Positions 58,520-64,000 of a DNA stretch of 64,000 nt are shown here, one piece after another. A program made the position numbers and the translations under genes. The notes beneath the pieces were generated by a model. It ran no database searches. It was given only the letters and a program-made list of their open reading frames with translations, and had not been told where the DNA came from. The stretch's first letter is position 1. Each line of letters opens with the position of its first letter. The stretch spans positions 1,344,001 through 1,408,000 of the forward strand of contig NZ_JAQNDL010000003.1 in the NCBI RefSeq assembly GCF_028368995.1, given 5' to 3'. Origin of the DNA: Nannocystis bainbridge. GTDB lineage: Bacteria > Myxococcota_A > Polyangia > Nannocystales > Nannocystaceae.

Positions 58520-60085
58520 ATGCTCGGAATCTCTCGCCGCCCCGCAAACGCCCCCGACCGCCGCGCCCCTCTCGCCTTGCCGCGGCCGCTCGAAGTCCTC
58601 GTCGTCGGCGGCGGCATCGCCGGGCTCGCGGCCGCCACGATCCTCGCCGAGCGAGGCGCGCGGGTCACCGTGCTCGAGCCCGACAATTTCCTCGGCGGCC
58701 GCGCCGGCGCCTGGAGCGACACCCTCGCCGACGGCAGCGCCTTCGAGATGGAGCGGGGCTTCCACGCCTTTTTCCGCCAGTACTACAATTTGCGCGCCTG
58801 GCTGCGGCGCATCGATCCGTCGCTCGGCTTCCTCCGCCCGGTCGAGGACTACCCGCTGCTCGGCCCCGGCGGCCTGCGCGAGTCGTTCGCCGGCCTGCCC
58901 AAGCTGCCGATCTGGAACCTCGTCAGCCTCATCCGTCGCAGCAGCAGCATGACCCTGCGCGACGCCCTGCGGGTCGACGACACCTGCGGGCGCGCCATCA
59001 TGGCCTACGACCCGGTCGCCACCTACGCCCAGTTCGACCGCCAAAGCGCCCAGGCCTTCCTCGACAAGCTCGGCTTCCCGCCGCAGGCGCGGCAGATGCT
59101 GTTCGATGTCTTTTCCCACTCCTTCTTCAACCCCGAGCAGGAGTTCAGCGCCGCCGAGCTGCTGATGATGTTCCACTTCTACTTCGTCGGTAACCCCGAG
59201 GGCATCGTCTTCGACGTCGCCGACGGCCCGTTCTCGAAGTCGATCTGGCAGCCGATGGCCGCCGTGCTCGAGCGCCGCGGCGTCCGCTTGTGCCTCGGCG
59301 AGGGCGCCGTCCATATCGACCGCGGGCCCGACGGCCGCCATCGGATCACCAGCTCCAAAGGCCAGGTCCACCACGCCGACGTGTGCATCCTCGCCGCCAG
59401 CGTGCCCGGCCTGCAGCAGCTCGTCGCCGACTCGCCCGGCCTCGGCCAACCGCGCGGCGCCGCCCCCGAAGATCCCGGCATCGGCCACTGCTGGCGCGAG
59501 CAGGTCGCCGCCCAGTCCGTCACCGCGCGCTTCGCCGTGTGGCGGCTGTGGCTCGACCGCCCGTGCGCCCCCGGCCGCGCCGCCTTTGTCGGCACCACCG
59601 GCCTCGGCCTCGTCGACAACATCTCGCTCTACCACCTGTTCGAGGACGAGAGCCGCGACTGGGCCGCGCGCACCGGCGGCAGCGTCGTCGAGCTGCACGC
59701 CTACGCCCTCCCCGGCGACGTCGACGACGACGCCATCCAGGCCGACCTGCGGCGCGCCCTCCACGAGCTCTACCCCGAGACCCGCGCCGCCAGGGTCCTC
59801 GACGAGCGCTTCTTCGTGCGCCAGGACTGCCCCGCCTTCCGCCCCGGCAGCCACCCGCAGCGCCTCCGCGTCGACACCTCCGACCCCACCCTCCACCTCG
59901 CCGGCGATTTCGTCCACACCCCGTTCCCGACCGCCCTGATGGAGCGCGCCGCCAGCACCGGCATCCTCGCCGCCAACCACGTGCTCCACCACCACGGCGC
60001 CGCCGAGGAGCCGCTGTGGTCCGTCCCCCCGCGCGGCCCGCTGGCCCGCCTCATCCACCGCAAGGGCCTGCGCAGCCCGGGGTGA
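58520..60085 (+). CDS. crtU: Carotenoid aromatase/desaturase (isorenieratene synthase-like, CrtU)
   Basis: VVGGGIAGLAAA..LAERG, L.DGS...M.RGFHAFFRQYYNLR..LRR.DP, S.AEL..MFH.YF, GGSVVELHAYA, ALMERAA.TG.LAAN. Confidence 0.78.
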   Translation: MLGISRRPANAPDRRAPLALPRPLEVLVVGGGIAGLAAATILAERGARVTVLEPDNFLGGRAGAWSDTLADGSAFEMERGFHAFFRQYYNLRAWLRRIDPSLGFLRPVEDYPLLGPGGLRESFAGLPKLPIWNLVSLIRRSSSMTLRDALRVDDTCGRAIMAYDPVATYAQFDRQSAQAFLDKLGFPPQARQMLFDVFSHSFFNPEQEFSAAELLMMFHFYFVGNPEGIVFDVADGPFSKSIWQPMAAVLERRGVRLCLGEGAVHIDRGPDGRHRITSSKGQVHHADVCILAASVPGLQQLVADSPGLGQPRGAAPEDPGIGHCWREQVAAQSVTARFAVWRLWLDRPCAPGRAAFVGTTGLGLVDNISLYHLFEDESRDWAARTGGSVVELHAYALPGDVDDDAIQADLRRALHELYPETRAARVLDERFFVRQDCPAFRPGSHPQRLRVDTSDPTLHLAGDFVHTPFPTALMERAASTGILAANHVLHHHGAAEEPLWSVPPRGPLARLIHRKGLRSPG

Positions 60086-60087
60086 CC

Positions 60088-60305
60088 GCCTGTCCGAAGG
60101 GACAGGCCACCGCCACGAGCCGGCTCGTCGTCGGCCTCACTCCGCACCTGTCCGAACGGACAGGCACCTGGACGCGCCCACGAGCGTCGCCGGCTCGTCT
60201 TCGGCCTCACTCCGAACCTGTCCGAACGGACAGGCACCTGGCCGCGCCCACGAGCGCCGCGCTGGCTCGCCGTCGGCATCATCCCACCTGACCGAACGGA
60301 CAGGT
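60088..60305. repeat. 70-bp tandem repeat containing the hairpin CCTGTCCGAACGGACAGG
   Basis: ACCTG(T/A)CCGAACGGACAGG at 60146, 60216 and 60286; related copy at 60088. Confidence 0.9.
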
Positions 60306-60740
60306 CCTTCTCGCCGCCCCGAGCGCGACCGCAGCACCTGCCCGAGCCCGCGGGATCGACCCGCCCCTTCCCCGCGCGATCGCAGCAATCCGCGCACGCT
60401 CGCGGGCCCGTCGCCCTCGCGCCGCGTCCTTGTCGGTTGCGCACGACAGGACGAATCCCCGACCCCGCCCTCGTGGACGCGCGGGCTCGCTGGCGCGCGG
60501 GCGCCAGTGGTTCGGCGCCGCGCCTCGCCGGCCGGCGAATATACCGAGCCGCGAACCCTCGCAGATCGCCCGGAACCTGCGCCTCTGTCCATGCACGCGC
60601 GTGTCGCAGGACATGCGCGCACGCCTGCGGGCTCTACGCGGCTTCGCGGCCGTCAATCTCGCGCGCGGGCCCAAGGACCCCGGCCGAGGTCGAGGAAAAC
60701 GGCAGGGGCAATCCGGCTAGCGCCTCGCGTCGACCTCACT

Positions 60741-61886
60741 ATGCTTGCACCAATGCTTGCGCGAATTAGCATTTCAGGCGGGACAATGTGGGCAATGGTC
60801 GCGGCGCTGGCTGGCTGCGGCGGCGTCGGGGCGACCTCCGGGACCGACACCGGCACCGGCAGCACCACCGACATTCCCGGGATCACGAGCGTCACCAGCA
60901 CCACCGAGACCGGCCCGACCACCACCGCCGGTACGACCACCGACGACGCCGTCAAGTTCGACATCGGCGGCCCCGGCACTGACACCGACAACGACACCAG
61001 CGTCTGTGCCGACGCCGACATCAAGTTCGAGCCGCAGATCCCCACCGTCCTGCTGCTCATCGATCAGTCCGGCAGCATGACCACCCAGTTCGGCGACACC
61101 GACCGCTGGGAGGCCGTCTACAACGCCTTGCTCGACGAGCAGGACGGCCTCGTGCCCCAGCTCGAGGGCCAGGTCCGCTTCGGCATGGCGCTCTACACCA
61201 GCTTCGAGGGCGACCAGGGCGGCCGCGAGTGTCCCGTCATCACCGAGACCGCGCCCGCGCTCGACAACTACCAGGCCATCGCCGCCACCTGGGACGCCAG
61301 CCAGCCCGAGGACGAGACCCCGACCGGCGAATCGATCGCCGCCGTCACGCCGACGCTCGTCATGGATCCCACCGAGGGCAACAAGATCATCGTGCTCGCC
61401 ACCGACGGCGAGCCCGACACCTGCGCCGAGCCCAACCCGCAGAACGGCCAGGACGAGTCGGTCGACGCCGCCGCCGCCGCCTTCGCCCAGGGCGTGCGCA
61501 CCTACGTGATCAGCGTCGGCAACGAGGTCAGCGACCAGCACCTGCAGGACGTCGCCAACGCCGGCGTCGGCGTCGGCGACGGCGACCCCGACGCCCCCTT
61601 CTACAAGGCCGACGACGCCCAGGCCCTCGCGGACGCGTTCGCCGACATCGTCGACGGCGTCCGCGACTGCAAGCTCAACCTCGACGGCACCGTCTCCGAG
61701 GGCGGCGAGGATCAGTGCACCGTCTACGTCAACGGCGAGGTCGTGCCCTTCGGCGACGACGACGGCTGGCAGCTCAACAACCCCGGCGAGGTCGAGCTCG
61801 TCGGCGACGCCTGCGACGCCATCCAAAACGGCGAGGTCCAGGTCTCGATCAAGTGCGCCTGCGGCGTGGTCGTCCCGGTCGGCTGA
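60741..61886 (+). CDS. vWA-domain lipoprotein (CglB-like family); start uncertain
   Basis: LAGC lipobox, Thr linker, MIDAS motif IDQSGSM...TPTG...ATDGEP. Confidence 0.87.
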   Translation: MLAPMLARISISGGTMWAMVAALAGCGGVGATSGTDTGTGSTTDIPGITSVTSTTETGPTTTAGTTTDDAVKFDIGGPGTDTDNDTSVCADADIKFEPQIPTVLLLIDQSGSMTTQFGDTDRWEAVYNALLDEQDGLVPQLEGQVRFGMALYTSFEGDQGGRECPVITETAPALDNYQAIAATWDASQPEDETPTGESIAAVTPTLVMDPTEGNKIIVLATDGEPDTCAEPNPQNGQDESVDAAAAAFAQGVRTYVISVGNEVSDQHLQDVANAGVGVGDGDPDAPFYKADDAQALADAFADIVDGVRDCKLNLDGTVSEGGEDQCTVYVNGEVVPFGDDDGWQLNNPGEVELVGDACDAIQNGEVQVSIKCACGVVVPVG

Positions 61887-62001
61887 GCGAGGACCTTCGT
61901 CTCGCCATCAAAGCACTCTCGGCCGCGGGGACACCGGTCCCCGGCCGAACGAGTCCTCGAGCTGCCTCCGGTGTGAGACCCTCGCCCGCGCACCTCGGCG
62001 C

Positions 62002-62148
62002 TCACCGGGGTGCCACGAAGTCCTTGAGCGTCACGCGGCGCTCCTCGCGGCCGCGGTGGAGCTTCGTCGAGCGCTGGGCCCGGTCGCTGATCGCACCGTA
62101 GAGCCCGAAGGCAACGAACAGCAGGAGCAACAGGACAAGCGGGGTCAT
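62002..62148 (-). CDS. Small (48 aa) single-pass membrane protein
   Basis: AGGAGG RBS upstream of ATG; MTPLVLLLLLFVAFGLYGAI followed by a basic tail. Confidence 0.6.
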   Translation of the reverse strand: MTPLVLLLLLFVAFGLYGAISDRAQRSTKLHRGREERRVTLKDFVAPR

Positions 62149-62363
62149 CGCGTGCGCCCTCCTCTTGTCTCGAGCGTGGGACCGATCGACCGCTCGCGCC
62201 CCCGAAATCGCGACGACGCTCCTCCAGACCCCGCTGTTCGCCTGCCCACCGTCGCGTCTGCCGGCCCCGCCCCGCCCGCCGCGGCGCGCCCCGCCGGCGG
62301 CCTCTGCTGCAGTTTCGCCTCGCTCCGTCTTGGCGGCCGCCGCGCGCTGTATGCTGAGCACGC

Positions 62364-63974
62364 ATGTCTGACCGCCCTGTGCGTCACCCCTGGTCGAAGC
62401 ACCTCCCGTCCGGCTTCGCCGCGCCTGCTCTTTGGGACAGCATCGTCATCGGCTCCGGCATGGGCGGCATGACCTGCGCCGCCATGCTCGCCGCGCTCGG
62501 CCAGCGCGTCCTCGTGCTCGAGCAGCACTACGTCCCCGGCGGCTTCACGCACAGCTTCAAGCGCGGCAAGTATCACTGGGACGTCGGCGTGCACGCCGTC
62601 GGCGAGGTCACCGAGCGCAGCATGCCCGGGCGGCTGCTCGCCGGGCTCACCGGGCGGCGGCTGCAGTGGGCCTCGCTGGGCCCGGTCTACGACGCCTTCG
62701 TGTTCCCCGACGGCCTCCAGCTCGGCTTCCCCGACAACCCCCAGGCCTTCCGCGCCCTGCTCCACGACACCTTCCCCGACGGCCACACCGCCATCGACGC
62801 CTACTTCGCGCGCGTCCGCGAGGTCTCGGCGGCCATGCGCTCCTACTACCTCGCCCGCCTCGCCCCGCCCTCTGCACATGTCCTCACGGACATGTTCACG
62901 AAGACAGCCCGCCGCGCCTTCGGCGAGACCGCCAAGCACGCCCTCGACCGCCTCACCGACGACACCCGCCTCAAGACCGTGCTCGCCGCCCAGTGGGGCT
63001 ATCACGGCGCCACCCCGAGCCGCGCCTCGCTGGCGATCCAGGCCCTCGTCACCAAGCATTTCCAGTGGGGCGGCTACTATCCGGTCGGCGGCTCGTCCAC
63101 GATCGCCCAGGAGCTGCTGCAGACCGTCGCCGACGCCGGCGGCTACACGCGGATCTCCGCCGACGTCGCCCAGATCGTGCTCGAGAACGGCGCGGCAGTC
63201 GGGGTGCGCATGCGCGACGGCGAGGAGATCCGCGCACGCCGGGTGATCAGCGCGGCAGGGGTGTCGTCGACGGTGCAGCGGCTGCTCCCGCGCGAGGTCG
63301 CCGACACGCGCTGGGCCGCCAGCGTGCGCGCGCTGCCGCCGGCGCCGGCCCACGTCTGCCTGTACCTCGGCTTCAAGGGCGACATCCGCTCGGCCGGCGC
63401 GGGTGCCTACAATCAATGGTACTATGATACGTGGGACACCGAGCTCGACGCCTGGGACATCGCCGACCCCGAGCGCATCGCCGACGCCCCCGTGCTCTAC
63501 TGCAGCTTCCCCTCGCTCAAGGACCCCGCCTACGACCCCGGCCCCGAGCAGCGCCACACCGGCGAGGTCGTCACATTCGTCCCCTGGGACCGCTTCTCCG
63601 GCTGGCTCGGCACCCGCTGGAAGCGCCGCGGCGACGACTACGATTCTTTTAAAAAGGTCCTGCAGGATCGGCTGCTCGAGCAGTTCCTCAAGAAACTCCC
63701 CGGGCTGCGATCGATGGTCGACCACGTCGAGCTCTCGACCCCGCTGTCGACCGACACCTTCGTGCGACCGATGGGCGGCTCGATCTACGGCATCCTCCCG
63801 ACCCCCGAGCGGTTCGCCAACCCGTACCTGCGACCGCGCAGCAAGATCGCCGGGCTCTTCTTCGCCGGCAGCGAGGTGGCCACCGTCGGGGTCATCGGCG
63901 CGATGATGGGCGGGGCCCTCGCCGCCGCCGCCGTCGACCCGGTCGGCGCCGCCCGCATGCTCCGCGGCCTCTGA
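62364..63974 (+). CDS. Phytoene-dehydrogenase-superfamily FAD oxidoreductase (retinol-saturase-like)
   Basis: IVIGSGMGG, LEQHY.PGG.TH.F, WDVGVH..G, GGYYPVGGSS.I, SFPS.KD, STPLS...F, G.IYG. Confidence 0.88.
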   Translation: MSDRPVRHPWSKHLPSGFAAPALWDSIVIGSGMGGMTCAAMLAALGQRVLVLEQHYVPGGFTHSFKRGKYHWDVGVHAVGEVTERSMPGRLLAGLTGRRLQWASLGPVYDAFVFPDGLQLGFPDNPQAFRALLHDTFPDGHTAIDAYFARVREVSAAMRSYYLARLAPPSAHVLTDMFTKTARRAFGETAKHALDRLTDDTRLKTVLAAQWGYHGATPSRASLAIQALVTKHFQWGGYYPVGGSSTIAQELLQTVADAGGYTRISADVAQIVLENGAAVGVRMRDGEEIRARRVISAAGVSSTVQRLLPREVADTRWAASVRALPPAPAHVCLYLGFKGDIRSAGAGAYNQWYYDTWDTELDAWDIADPERIADAPVLYCSFPSLKDPAYDPGPEQRHTGEVVTFVPWDRFSGWLGTRWKRRGDDYDSFKKVLQDRLLEQFLKKLPGLRSMVDHVELSTPLSTDTFVRPMGGSIYGILPTPERFANPYLRPRSKIAGLFFAGSEVATVGVIGAMMGGALAAAAVDPVGAARMLRGL

Positions 63975-64000
63975 TCCGCATGCGCCCGGCCTCCGCCCGC

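Noticed and set aside
60088-60305. Palindromic repeats at 70-bp period resembling a CRISPR array
   Set aside because: The intervening sequences are near-copies of each other rather than unique spacers, and no cas genes are present.
62364-63974. Calling this gene crtI
   Set aside because: Its motifs (WDVGVH, SFPS.KD) fit the retinol-saturase-like branch, and it is separated from the crt genes by unrelated genes.

Overview
Very GC-rich myxobacterial DNA; the Thr-rich/Cys-rich lipoproteins, kinase-ECF pairs and DUF4215-like repeats suggest a Nannocystis-like organism (inference). About 50 CDSs are supported, and I see no rRNA, tRNA, CRISPR array, transposase or integrase. The standout is an anti-phage island (45990-50545): a type III CBASS core (CdnC-like CD-NTase, HORMA/Cap7, TRIP13/Cap6) with no NucC. 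Its place is taken by two divergently transcribed genes, a SAVED sensor with no enzymatic domain and a CHAT caspase-like protease. The two share a homologous ~80-aa helical domain (C-terminal on SAVED, N-terminal on CHAT), suggesting a split, inflammasome-like sensor-adaptor/protease relay. Other content: a DabAB+NuoM-like inorganic carbon pump, a mosaic carotenoid cluster (crtC/D/E plus crtT/U-like) with a CarA/CarH-like operator, and a BlaI/M56 pair with operators. It also holds a SigG-like sigma factor with a matching promoter on a VOC gene, a three-copy promoter motif beside a kinase-ECF pair, and a triad-dead trypsin-FG-GAP protein. A pervasive TGTCC-N4-GGACA palindrome forms exact 14-bp-period arrays and enters coding sequence.
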